A stretch of 40,375 bases of DNA, taken from the IMG/VR virus record IMGVR_UViG_3300037307_000307. One strand, 5' to 3'. A program made the translations under genes and the position numbers. Source of the DNA: a virus. Taxonomy: Duplodnaviria > Heunggongvirae > Uroviricota > Caudoviricetes. Shown in pieces: positions 18,688 through 26,912 of the stretch. The notes below the pieces were generated by a model, which saw only the letters and a list, made by a program, of their open reading frames with translations, made no database searches and was not told where the DNA came from. How positions within the stretch are numbered: position 1 is the first letter of the stretch; each line of letters opens with the position of its first letter.

Positions 18688-19253
18688 GCTTTCACCTCAT
18701 TGACTCCAGTTAAATCAATCTTAAGTCCTTCTGGAGTTTCAACCATTCCTAATTTCTTTTCAAGTTTCTTTTTCATAGCTTCTTCAGTTTTACGAGCGTT
18801 CTCTTCAATCTCTCTAAGAAACATTTCTTCTTCATCTATTTCATCTGATTGAATTTGAATCTCCAATCTTTTCAATTCTTCCTTTACATACTCATCTAGA
18901 GTTTTCCTATTATTTGTTTTTAAAATATAGTTTAATATATTCCATTGTATCTCGGCTATTTTTTTACCGAACGGAGTTAAATAATATTTTGTGGGTAACA
19001 TTACGGATTTGATTTCTTTTACGATTGGCTTATCTGCTAAGGATAATGTAGGAATAATTTTATGAACTATTTCATAAGAGAACAATTCATTCCTAATATC
19101 TTTTCTAGTAATTCCATCAAATTCGCGGCTAAGTTTTTCTTTCCACATAAAGAATATAATTACAGGCCAATGAATTCTACTAAATATTAAATTCATTTGC
19201 GCAATAGTATTATGGTCAAGTTGTTTAACAAATCTTCCTTTATTTGAAAGCAT
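18684..19253 (-). CDS. Winged-helix DNA-binding protein (likely start MLSNK at 19253)
   Basis: ITRKDI...KYYLTPFGKKIA wing motif plus an acidic helical tail; GGAGG upstream. Confidence 0.65.
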   Translation of the reverse strand: MLSNKGRFVKQLDHNTIAQMNLIFSRIHWPVIIFFMWKEKLSREFDGITRKDIRNELFSYEIVHKIIPTLSLADKPIVKEIKSVMLPTKYYLTPFGKKIAEIQWNILNYILKTNNRKTLDEYVKEELKRLEIQIQSDEIDEEEMFLREIEENARKTEEAMKKKLEKKLGMVETPEGLKIDLTGVNEVKA

Positions 19254-19260
19254 GTTCCTC

Positions 19261-19872
19261 CTAACCTCTAAATGCCGAAGAAAGTTCAGCATTTGTTTTA
19301 TTTCTGTGAGCTTCTACTGTCAACCATTGATGATTGTCTGGAGAGAAAGCTTTTTTAATTTCTGATTCATTATTCAAATCAAACGTAAATAGAGGTATGA
19401 TATGTTCAATGTTATATTCAATCTCATTAAAATCTTTAGGAATTTCTTTAAGTAACTTGTTTACTATCTCCTGATAATTTATACCATATTCATCAGCAGG
19501 TTTGATTTTACCATTTTCTGAATAAGCCTTAAATGCTTCCCTGACTCTATGTCTCAATCTGTTTGAAATATAAAATTTGATATCTGTCTTTTCCCTATCA
19601 CGCAACCTCTTATTAATTTTATCTCTATTAAGAATACGGTATATTATGGAATAGATTTTTATATGCTCTCTATTTTCTTTTCTCCACATAACTCTTCTCA
19701 ATAATTCCTTTTCTCTGTTTATTTGATAATATACCTTACCATACTCTCTTTGTCTTGGAAGAATCTTATTCTTATTAGCTTGATAATAGTCTCTTTGCTT
19801 TTTGGCTAATAGTTCTCTATTCTTCTCACGATATCTTTTCTTTTGTTCCAATACCTTTCCATGGTTTTGCAT
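19261..19872 (-). CDS. HNH/endonuclease VII-like nuclease (likely start MQNH at 19872)
   Basis: Repeated YY..N.E helical N-terminus, then IEHIIPLFTFDL...AFSPDNHQWL...HRNK. Confidence 0.65.
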   Translation of the reverse strand: MQNHGKVLEQKKRYREKNRELLAKKQRDYYQANKNKILPRQREYGKVYYQINREKELLRRVMWRKENREHIKIYSIIYRILNRDKINKRLRDREKTDIKFYISNRLRHRVREAFKAYSENGKIKPADEYGINYQEIVNKLLKEIPKDFNEIEYNIEHIIPLFTFDLNNESEIKKAFSPDNHQWLTVEAHRNKTNAELSSAFRG

Positions 19873-19879
19873 ATTATCA

Positions 19880-20359
19880 CTATCCCCCCCACATGGCGCG
19901 CGTAGGGTCAAATTCGAATTCCTTCAAATATAATCCACGTTCCATCATAATCTTTCTAAGCCATATGTCTTTCATAAGTAGTGTCTTATAATGGTCTTCT
20001 TTACATCTTTCATATAGAATTTTATTTCTCTTTCGAATCGCTTGCATCTGTTTAATTTTTATATCTCTAATCATCGACCTGAATTTTATAAACACCATGT
20101 TCTCTTCTTTCGGTAAATTAATTGATAGAACTTTTGAAGGCATTACATTTGGTTCATTAGAATCAAACTTAATATCCATTACGCCCTTATAACAAAGATT
20201 GACGAATATTCTATCAAGTATGAAATTCCATTTATCAAATTCTCCAGTTAAAGAAGCATCCTCTGCTTTATTGAATAATGTGTTGAGTCTATATATCAAG
20301 CCCCAACCTGTATCTATACTTGCTCTACTCATTACACCAGGACGAGATTTATTGGCCAT
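19880..20359 (-). CDS. Hypothetical protein, first gene of the leftward arm
   Basis: 159-aa ORF with GAGGT upstream and a TATA-like element near 20404-20411. Confidence 0.75.
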   Translation of the reverse strand: MANKSRPGVMSRASIDTGWGLIYRLNTLFNKAEDASLTGEFDKWNFILDRIFVNLCYKGVMDIKFDSNEPNVMPSKVLSINLPKEENMVFIKFRSMIRDIKIKQMQAIRKRNKILYERCKEDHYKTLLMKDIWLRKIMMERGLYLKEFEFDPTRAMWGG

Positions 20360-20657
20360 GATTACATAGGTACCTCTTCATTGGGAGAGAGAGTTGATTC
20401 TGATATATAAATGTTTGCCATCTTTTCAGTATAGGGAATTGGAATATAATGTTTTCAAAACATTTTCTATAAAAATTTTTTATGTAAAATTTTTGTTTTT
20501 TAAAAAGTTTTATCTCCCGCAACTCGCGCGCTTCCCTCTCTGTTTTACTGTGCATTGTTCGTGCCGCCGGCCCACGGCATAAAAAGGGTCAGAAAATGCA
20601 ATGGTTTGCCAAGGGATTTGCAACCATCTTTATAAAGGCAGATGATTATAATAGGTC

Positions 20658-20987
20658 ATGGCAATAAGATATGAAGGAAAAAGATTACGTTCTGTGAGTG
20701 CATATAAAAGAAAGAGCAGAGGTGGAAGAACTGTTTATGTAGAATCCTATTATCAAAGATATGATAAACCAAGAGGCACAAGGAATGCGCTAAAGGTTGA
20801 TACACCAAAGTCATCTTCAAGAACTGCATGGTTAAAAGATTCATCTGGTAGGTTTGTTGGAAGAGCAAATGCTAAAGGACAAACCAAAGCAAAGAGAGTT
20901 GCAATGTATGGAGCGGATGCAACTAGTAATATAAGAGAGCGTGGTAGGTATGGAAGAATTTACGGCAGAAGCCGTTCAAGGAGATAA
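20658..20987 (+). CDS. Highly basic R/K/S-rich protein, candidate nucleoprotein
   Basis: 109 aa, very rich in R/K; ATG is 29 nt from the TATA of the left-arm-type promoter motif. Confidence 0.7.
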   Translation: MAIRYEGKRLRSVSAYKRKSRGGRTVYVESYYQRYDKPRGTRNALKVDTPKSSSRTAWLKDSSGRFVGRANAKGQTKAKRVAMYGADATSNIRERGRYGRIYGRSRSRR

Positions 20988-20994
20988 TATTGAA

Positions 20995-21141
20995 ATGGCA
21001 AACGGTTTAGGTGGTTTACTGGGAGCGCTTTTGGGAATAGCTATATTTGCAACCGTGGCAGGGTCTATTATAGGAAAGGGTGCTTCAAACGTTTGGGGCG
21101 GAGTCAAGGGAGTTAAACCTGGGAGAAGTATGTGGTGGTAA
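20995..21141 (+). CDS. Small single-pass membrane protein (start MANGL at 20995)
   Basis: Gly-rich hydrophobic helix followed by a basic/aromatic tail. Confidence 0.65.
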   Translation: MANGLGGLLGALLGIAIFATVAGSIIGKGASNVWGGVKGVKPGRSMWW

Positions 21142-21335
21142 AGAAATGTTCTATTTCTAAGGAATTGAAAATAGGAAAAAGGATTGAGATGGAACATGCT
21201 CATCTATTTCCTAAAGCTATAAGAAATAAGATGGCTGTGAAAATAGCCAAAGACCACATAGCCGAATTCCCATGCTATTATAGTAAAGGGCTTATTCCTA
21301 TGGAACGCAAGCTTAAACAGGGCCGAAAGGTTTAA
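21132..21335 (+). CDS. DUF5661-like small viral protein
   Basis: ELKIGKRIEMEH...KIAKDHIAEFPCYY..L..ME matches the family pattern as I recall it. Confidence 0.6.
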   Translation: MVVKKCSISKELKIGKRIEMEHAHLFPKAIRNKMAVKIAKDHIAEFPCYYSKGLIPMERKLKQGRKV

Positions 21336-21343
21336 ATATAACA

Positions 21344-21367
21344 TTAATCTTTTCTTACAAAGATTAA
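21344..21367. promoter_or_regulatory. Putative recombinase binding site 1
   Basis: TTAATCTTT-tcttac-AAAGATTAA (9+6+9), between the tttaaata TATA and the recombinase ATG. Confidence 0.6.
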
Positions 21368-21369
21368 CA

Positions 21370-22239
21370 ATGGAAAAAAATTTACGCATAAAAAACCCTG
21401 AAAATTCTTCAAAACACCAATCTTTAACGAAGGTTTCTGAAAATGATAAAAACCATCAACATGAATATAAGCGTGAGGGCCCCTACATTGTATGTGAGTG
21501 TGGGAGAAAAACATTGTATCTTGAGGGTTCCCCTACAGAGGGTGTGAGAGTAGGAGTGAGGGCTAACGGCAGGAAATACAGCGTAAGAGATGATAGAAGC
21601 CGGTACTTTAAGCCCCAGGAGTGGACCGCATTCATAAATAAGATAAAACCGGATAAAAGACTTGTTTTTAATATGTGCTTTAATACAGGTGGTCGTATTG
21701 AGGAAGTTATGAATATCAGGGTTGATGATGTAACAATTGAATCAAACAACATAAGACTTAGAATCACTAAAAAGAAAGCAGCTAAAGGCGAGAGAGTTGG
21801 TAAGAGAAGGGAATTTAAGGTTAGCACTAGATTTATCAAAGAAATAAGAGACTACATAAGAGATAATAGACTGGGACCTACTGATTACCTATTTGTACCC
21901 ACAAACGAATATAGTGTATTAAATACAGAACAAGAAAGAAAGGCATATATGAAAAAAAAGATTATAAGCGTTTTTCAAATGTTTAAGCGTGGAGTTAAAG
22001 CGGCCGGAATACCGGACTGGTATAACTTCTCATTACACAATATCCGTAAAACCCATGGTATGTACTTGAAGTCAGTCAAGCCGTTTGCTAGGGGTTTAGA
22101 TATGGAAGAAATATGTATGAGGTTAGGGCATGATGTAAATACCTATCTTAAGCACTACGGGTCACCCAGTATATTCACCGAAAAAGAGATAAATCAGATA
22201 ATGTATATGTTAGGGGACATATATGGTTTACAGGCATAA
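21370..22239 (+). CDS. Tyrosine recombinase (XerA/integrase-like catalytic domain) with a small N-terminal Zn-ribbon-like segment
   Basis: Catalytic set visible: TGGR, HNIR (HxxR), LGH, YLKHY. N-terminal H-x-H...CECG; no obvious core-binding domain. Confidence 0.9.
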   Translation: MEKNLRIKNPENSSKHQSLTKVSENDKNHQHEYKREGPYIVCECGRKTLYLEGSPTEGVRVGVRANGRKYSVRDDRSRYFKPQEWTAFINKIKPDKRLVFNMCFNTGGRIEEVMNIRVDDVTIESNNIRLRITKKKAAKGERVGKRREFKVSTRFIKEIRDYIRDNRLGPTDYLFVPTNEYSVLNTEQERKAYMKKKIISVFQMFKRGVKAAGIPDWYNFSLHNIRKTHGMYLKSVKPFARGLDMEEICMRLGHDVNTYLKHYGSPSIFTEKEINQIMYMLGDIYGLQA

Positions 22240-22324
22240 TAGCAAATTAACTCTAAAAAACCTCATTAAAGATTAACGTTTTGACCCTTTTTTGAGTCCA
22301 TTTCCTGTGTAAATTTTGACACCA

Positions 22325-22352
22325 CGTTAATCTTTGTTGATAAAGATTAACG
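22325..22352. promoter_or_regulatory. Putative dif/lox-like recombination site 2
   Basis: Perfect 11+6+11 inverted repeat CGTTAATCTTT-gttgat-AAAGATTAACG; extra AAAGATTAA half-sites at 22268, 22387 and 22420. Confidence 0.65.
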
Positions 22353-22638
22353 CCTAAAAAAGGCCATTATCGAGGTTATTTTAGTTAAAGATTAACATAT
22401 GGCCCCTAAAGTGACTGTTAAAGATTAATATACCGATAGGTGAGCATGTATATGTAGGGTGTTTTTGATATATGGTATATAATAAAGAATTGCGCCATTC
22501 GCCACTCGCCGCGTTTCTGTGGCATGCTGACCTATCCGTTGCAGGATAGCTGACCTATCCGGTATGGGCATCATCGCCTCACCTCTTTTACCATCATTTA
22601 TTTCCTGCGGTTTCTGAGGGAATAAAAAGGAAAAAAAT

Positions 22639-22728
22639 GCTCCTTTTTGCTCTTAAACGCTCTTAAACGCTCTTTTAAGTTCTTATATTGTCTTTAATGC
22701 TCTTTAATGCTCTTAAATGCTCTAATAG
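22639..22728 (+). repeat. Nine degenerate 10-bp tandem units (consensus GCTCTTWAAY)
   Basis: gctccttttt gctcttaaac gctcttaaac gctcttttaa gttcttatat tgtctttaat gctctttaat gctcttaaat gctctaatag. Confidence 0.85.
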
Positions 22729-22819
22729 TTTTATTATTGCCTATATTTAAGTTTTTGTGTTTTGTCGTATATATTTTAATAAATTATAATTGTTTTGTTT
22801 ATTATAGTAGTAAAAAAGG

Positions 22820-23739
22820 ACAACAATATATTTATAAACTATAATTGTTTAAATATATTGAAATGTTTTTTAAAATTTTTCATTAGAAAAAAAAAACAAA
22901 TTGCTTAAAGGTATTAAGCAATTACAACAGGAGAAAAAAAAATTTATGGAACAAAAAAACGACATAGACACAATAAACCTTAAAGAGTTAAAATTGAAAA
23001 ATGATTTAAACACAATTAAGGTTTTAAGTGATGATGTTAAAAATTTTGTTGTTGAATTAGAAAAAACACAAAAAAATAATTGTGTTGTTCTAAATCAAGA
23101 AAAAACCGAATTTTTGCTTAAAGGATATTTAGGCAAAAAAGATAAAAATGGTTTTAACAACAGGTTAAAATATGCTTATGCTCGTGTTTTGTGTTGTTGT
23201 TTAGGTTATGCAAAAAAACCAACAGGCAAAACAAAAACCTTAATAGAAGATATTAAGAGAGTATCGTTTGATAGTAAAAAAATGGAAATCGGTTTTAACT
23301 TTAAAGATAAAAACAATTTTATCAAATAAGTTTAACAACAAAATTTTAAACACTATAATTTTATTTTTTATTTATGGGTTTATAGCAAAACGCTATAAAC
23401 CCTTTTTTTTGTCTAATTTTATTTATTCTGCTCCTGTCCCTTCTGCTCTCCTCCCCTCTCTCCTCTCGTATCTCGCCATTCGCCACTCGCCGATAGGTGA
23501 GCAGGTTTGCGATTTCTTGAAATCGGTTTCTGTAGTTCTTATTCCATTAAATCTTTAATCCCCTCCCATCTCCTCCCCTCCCCTCCAATCGCCTGTTAGC
23601 AACCTCGCCGATAGGTGAGCACTCTAGTAAACTCTTCGCCACTCGCCACTCGCCACTTCCTCCTGGAGAATCTGGTGGCCTCTTATAACATCTGAAACCT
23701 CTAAACAACAATATATTTATAAACTATAATTGTTTAAAT
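22820..23739 (+). repeat. Perfect 35-bp direct repeat pair (22820-22854 and 23705-23739) containing a TTTATAAA box
   Basis: acaacaatatatttataaactataattgtttaaat occurs twice. Confidence 0.9.
22946..23329 (+). CDS. Hypothetical K/N-rich protein inside the control region
   Basis: ORF downstream of the first 35-bp repeat; unusually A/T-rich codons. Confidence 0.5.
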   Translation: MEQKNDIDTINLKELKLKNDLNTIKVLSDDVKNFVVELEKTQKNNCVVLNQEKTEFLLKGYLGKKDKNGFNNRLKYAYARVLCCCLGYAKKPTGKTKTLIEDIKRVSFDSKKMEIGFNFKDKNNFIK

Positions 23740-23841
23740 TCAATATGGTTAAAAGCACAACAACAAGAGCAAATAAGAGTATATTTGTTTTATGTAGTTT
23801 TGCCTTTAATCAGATAATAATTGTAAGGAGGAAACACAAAG

Positions 23842-24495
23842 ATGGCACAAGATAACATTAGTGATGCAAACAGCGATGTTCGGATTGTTACAGAAGAAGA
23901 GTTTAACAATTTAGAGCATAGTGCTCGTGGAAATCTTAATGGTGACTTTCAAGATGTTTTAGATTATTTAGATTGGTCGATAAATGTTTTTGCAGGAAAG
24001 GGAGATATGGATGTGTCCAAGAAAGGTAAAGCATTTTTAGATGCTGTTCTTACTTTAAGAACAAGATTTAATATGCAGATTAGCACTCATTATCTCAAAC
24101 AATTTTGCGATAACAGAAAGCACAAGAATCAACATATCAAATATATGATGAGTTTGGCAGATATAAAAACCAGTCCGATTAAGACATCATTTAAGGGAGG
24201 AATCGTTAATGGGCGAAGATGTATTGTTCCAAAGATATTTGATATGCTTGTTACAAAGCAAGAGTATCAGGAACAAGATTCTAGAGTTCAGGCATTTAAA
24301 GAGAAATGCCTTGCAGAGTGGAATGCTAGAGCTAAGGCATTAGAGCAACAAAAACTTAATGCTCAGAAATTAGAGATAGTTTATGCATTAGCAGAGGAAG
24401 AGGTTAGCCCAACAGAACTTGAAGAACTCGCCCCAGATTTAATTAAGCAAGACATCGAATTGCAGAAACAACTGCAAGTGCTACAAACAAGATAA
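23842..24495 (+). CDS. Hypothetical protein, first large gene of the right arm
   Basis: 217 aa; GGAGG upstream. Confidence 0.8.
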   Translation: MAQDNISDANSDVRIVTEEEFNNLEHSARGNLNGDFQDVLDYLDWSINVFAGKGDMDVSKKGKAFLDAVLTLRTRFNMQISTHYLKQFCDNRKHKNQHIKYMMSLADIKTSPIKTSFKGGIVNGRRCIVPKIFDMLVTKQEYQEQDSRVQAFKEKCLAEWNARAKALEQQKLNAQKLEIVYALAEEEVSPTELEELAPDLIKQDIELQKQLQVLQTR

Positions 24496-24497
24496 AT

Positions 24498-24632
24498 ATG
24501 GAGTTCAGTTATGAAGATTGGTTTTCATATTTAGATTCGATAGCAGATAGAAAAGCAGAGGCAAGAGATGCCGAACTTCGCAAACAACCATTTATAATAG
24601 ATGAAGAGATAGATTTCACTAGGAAATACTAA
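24498..24632 (+). CDS. 44-aa acidic protein (not in ORF track)
   Basis: MEFSYEDWFSYLDSIADRK...; starts 2 nt after the previous stop. Confidence 0.55.
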   Translation: MEFSYEDWFSYLDSIADRKAEARDAELRKQPFIIDEEIDFTRKY

Positions 24633-24647
24633 TCTTCATTTATTAGA

Positions 24648-24668
24648 TGGCGAATGGCGACTGGCGAA
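24648..24668 (+). repeat. Triple heptad (YGGCGAV)3, dispersed family of 9 copies
   Basis: Plus strand: 24648, 26523, 29346, 31598, 35481, 38791. Minus strand: about 22493, 23473, 23636. Confidence 0.9.
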
Positions 24669-24851
24669 ACTAATTGTTATTATGTCAAATTTTTTAAGAT
24701 GATGGATGCGATTGAACATACTTGCGAAGAGTGTGGAACAGAATTCTTATGCGTAGATGAAGCGAACGATGATTATAGAAATAGATGTTCGACTTGTTAC
24801 AAAAAAATGATACAGGAAGATTACGATGAGGATTATGGTTATTCAGATTAG
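24654..24851 (+). CDS. Small Zn-finger protein
   Basis: CEECG...CSTC plus an acidic tail. Confidence 0.6.
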   Translation: MATGETNCYYVKFFKMMDAIEHTCEECGTEFLCVDEANDDYRNRCSTCYKKMIQEDYDEDYGYSD

Positions 24852-24886
24852 AGTTTTTTAAATGCTGTTGTAATAATATGGTAAAG
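24846..24886 (+). promoter_or_regulatory. Right-arm promoter-like motif GATWAGAGTTTWTTAAA-N-TGTTG-TAWATTATGGTAAA (copies at 24846, 26359, 27702, 30256, 31623, 36933)
   Basis: Six copies at gene junctions with fixed 32-33 nt spacing from the first G to the AT(G/A)G element; contains a TATA-like box. Confidence 0.75.
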
Positions 24887-25072
24887 CAAAATTTAATTCA
24901 GATTCAGATGTGCCAGATTTGTGGTAGGCGTGAGGCAGAACACAAAAGGTTAATGGATGAAAATGAGTATTGGAATATTTGTGATTATTGTAACGAGGTT
25001 ACAGAGGAAAGTTATTGGGAACAATATTGGGATGCTAAAGCTGAGGAGGGTTATTACGATGAAGAATACTAA
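24878..25072 (+). CDS. Small Zn-finger protein
   Basis: CQICG...CDYC plus an acidic tail; start may be the Met at 24908. Confidence 0.6.
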   Translation: MVKQNLIQIQMCQICGRREAEHKRLMDENEYWNICDYCNEVTEESYWEQYWDAKAEEGYYDEEY

Positions 25073-25247
25073 ATATTCAAAACGAGAGGAAAGGGCTATA
25101 AAAGATTTCTTATTAACATTACAAGAGGGTTTCCTTGAGGATGAGGGAGTTAAATATTCTCTCAAAGAATTGCGAAAGAGATTTGATTACGAGATTCAAC
25201 AAAACATAATTGCACGATTACGAAATGGGGAGGATAGAATATGGTAG
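25059..25247 (+). CDS. Hypothetical protein (start MKNTK)
   Basis: Overlap-coupled ORF with GAGGAGG upstream. Confidence 0.6.
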   Translation: MKNTKYSKREERAIKDFLLTLQEGFLEDEGVKYSLKELRKRFDYEIQQNIIARLRNGEDRIW

Positions 25248-25363
25248 ATAACGACCCAGAGCTTTCTTGTCCTATATGTAATAGAGTGGGACAAAATATT
25301 GTAGATGATGGATGGTTTGTTTGCAAGTGTGGACACGCTATTAAGGAGGTGGAGGATGAGTAA
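25241..25363 (+). CDS. 40-aa Zn-ribbon protein (not in ORF track)
   Basis: MVDNDPELSCPICN...WFVCKCGH... Confidence 0.6.
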   Translation: MVDNDPELSCPICNRVGQNIVDDGWFVCKCGHAIKEVEDE

Positions 25364-25691
25364 GGTTGTTGAAGAGTTACAGAAGAGTTTATTTTCTAAA
25401 ATGGATAAGGTTATTGAAGAGTATGTTAAAAAAGAGGATACTCGCAGAGCGACTGCTTTTGCGTTTAAGATGAAAGAGGTGGTTTCATCTTTTGGCGAGA
25501 TTATCTCGGCGATGAATATTAAAGCAAAAAGCGATAAAGAGAAAGAGAAAATATTAAAAGAGTATCATAAAAAGATGGAAGATATGATTCCTATTATTCA
25601 AAAAGAAATAGAGGAGATGATGAATAGGGAAAATCAGATTCCAAATTATATTGGATTTATATTCAACACAGATGAAAGGAGGTTACAATAG
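25356..25691 (+). CDS. Helical hypothetical protein (start MSKVV)
   Basis: GGAGG upstream; E/K-rich helices. Confidence 0.65.
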   Translation: MSKVVEELQKSLFSKMDKVIEEYVKKEDTRRATAFAFKMKEVVSSFGEIISAMNIKAKSDKEKEKILKEYHKKMEDMIPIIQKEIEEMMNRENQIPNYIGFIFNTDERRLQ

Positions 25692-25692
25692 A

Positions 25693-26277
25693 ATGAGAAG
25701 AACTCATAGTTTCGAGATTGTTGGTATTGGAGAGTTTGATGAATTCCCTGCGAAAGTTAAAGAGCAAGAATATCAATCTGTTAATAAGAACGGAGAGCCT
25801 ATTGTTAAAAAGATTTTAACACAAGGAAATAATTCTGAATACGGATGGATGGATGCAAACGGAAAAGTTTATCGCAAGGAAGAGGTTTTCTATAATGTAA
25901 ATGGAAAGTTTGTTCAGAAAGTAAATAGAACAGATAAAGTTCCTGCATATAAGATAGTTAATATTACAGATGCAGTTGAATTGTTAGAAAGCGATACATC
26001 TTTCTTATTACCAAGAAATGAGACAACATTAAAACAATTTAATGAGATTTGTCCTGAAGGAAAGGCACTCAAATTTGTTTATAAGAAATCCTCTGTCGGA
26101 TTTAAATGGGTTAATGCTTTTGTTTTTCAGATTTCTGGAGAGCTTTGTATGCTCACAGGATTAGGAAAAAGAACGGATGCATTAGAGCAATTTAAATTGT
26201 CAAGAAAGAAGGCAAAGGAAACGATGCCGGAGGTTGTCGAAGTTTCTGCTGACGAGGTTGCACCGAACTTAGATTAA
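25693..26277 (+). CDS. Hypothetical protein (start MRRTH)
   Basis: About 194-aa ORF with GGAGG upstream. Confidence 0.75.
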   Translation: MRRTHSFEIVGIGEFDEFPAKVKEQEYQSVNKNGEPIVKKILTQGNNSEYGWMDANGKVYRKEEVFYNVNGKFVQKVNRTDKVPAYKIVNITDAVELLESDTSFLLPRNETTLKQFNEICPEGKALKFVYKKSSVGFKWVNAFVFQISGELCMLTGLGKRTDALEQFKLSRKKAKETMPEVVEVSADEVAPNLD

Positions 26278-26291
26278 TCATAGTCCTTAAA

Positions 26292-26344
26292 GGAACAGGG
26301 AGTGTCGATATAGTTGTCGACTCTTGGAGATGCTTCCCTGTTCC
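26292..26344 (+). terminator. Stem-loop followed by a T-run, just before a promoter motif
   Basis: ggaacaggga...tccctgttcc 10-bp stem, then ggttttttt. Confidence 0.5.
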
Positions 26345-26535
26345 AGAAGGTTTTTTTAGATTAGAGTTTTTTAAAATCTGTTGTAATATTATGGTAAAAA
26401 AATTAAAGACATTCGATTTGGATAAGGTTCAAGAAAAATATTTAATTGAAGATACAGAAAATCTAATTAAAGATTTAACACTTAAAGAATTGAATATGGT
26501 TTATGCGATTATTGAAAGGAGGTGGCGAACGGCGA

Positions 26536-26910
26536 ATGGCGACTGAACAAGAGATAAAAGATAGATTGGCTTATCACACAGGAAGCGAGAATTTCTATAA
26601 GGAACCTTTAAGCAGATGTGTTTACACAGATGGCTTTAAGGAGTTTATGGAGCTCTGCGAGTGTGCTTGGTTATTCACAGATTCTGCAATTCAAATTTCT
26701 ATGGATGCAAAATTCAAATCAGAAGATTTTATTGTTATAAAGATTAAACGAGAGGGCGAGGGAGCTATTGTAACTTTTGAAGATGGCAATTATAAGAGCT
26801 TATTTAAAAGAGAATATAAATATACAGATTTTCCTTTGCAAGAGTTTAGTTTTTATGCGTGTAGAAATGAATTAGGGAGTTATACTTTTATGCTAACTAC
26901 GGAATACTAA
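26536..26910 (+). CDS. DUF6876-like protein (start MATEQ)
   Basis: LAYHTGSENFY...YTDG...AWL...EDGN...YTDFP...MLTTEY matches the family pattern from memory. Confidence 0.65.
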   Translation: MATEQEIKDRLAYHTGSENFYKEPLSRCVYTDGFKEFMELCECAWLFTDSAIQISMDAKFKSEDFIVIKIKREGEGAIVTFEDGNYKSLFKREYKYTDFPLQEFSFYACRNELGSYTFMLTTEY

Positions 26911-26912
26911 AT

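Larger units (their letters stand above)
22240..23840. other. Repeat-rich, largely non-coding control region (candidate replication origin)
   Basis: Longest low-coding stretch; contains phased 10-bp repeats, AT-rich tracts, 35-bp direct repeats, C-rich tracts and clusters of two conserved motifs. Confidence 0.55.

Noticed and set aside
20349-20868. ORFs 20349-20555, 20394-20582 and 20656-20868
   Set aside because: They lie in the divergent promoter gap or antisense to a better-supported gene, and have low-complexity translations.
21344-22352. Recombinase gene as a self-excising or invertible cassette between its two sites
   Set aside because: The 6-bp spacers match in neither orientation, which normally blocks tyrosine-recombinase strand exchange.
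23268-23558. ORF 23268-23558
   Set aside because: It runs through low-complexity T- and C-rich tracts and repeat motifs and overlaps the preceding ORF; likely non-coding.
22240-23840. CRISPR or mini-CRISPR array
   Set aside because: The repeats are short, irregularly spaced or tandem without unique 30-40 bp spacers, and no cas genes are present.
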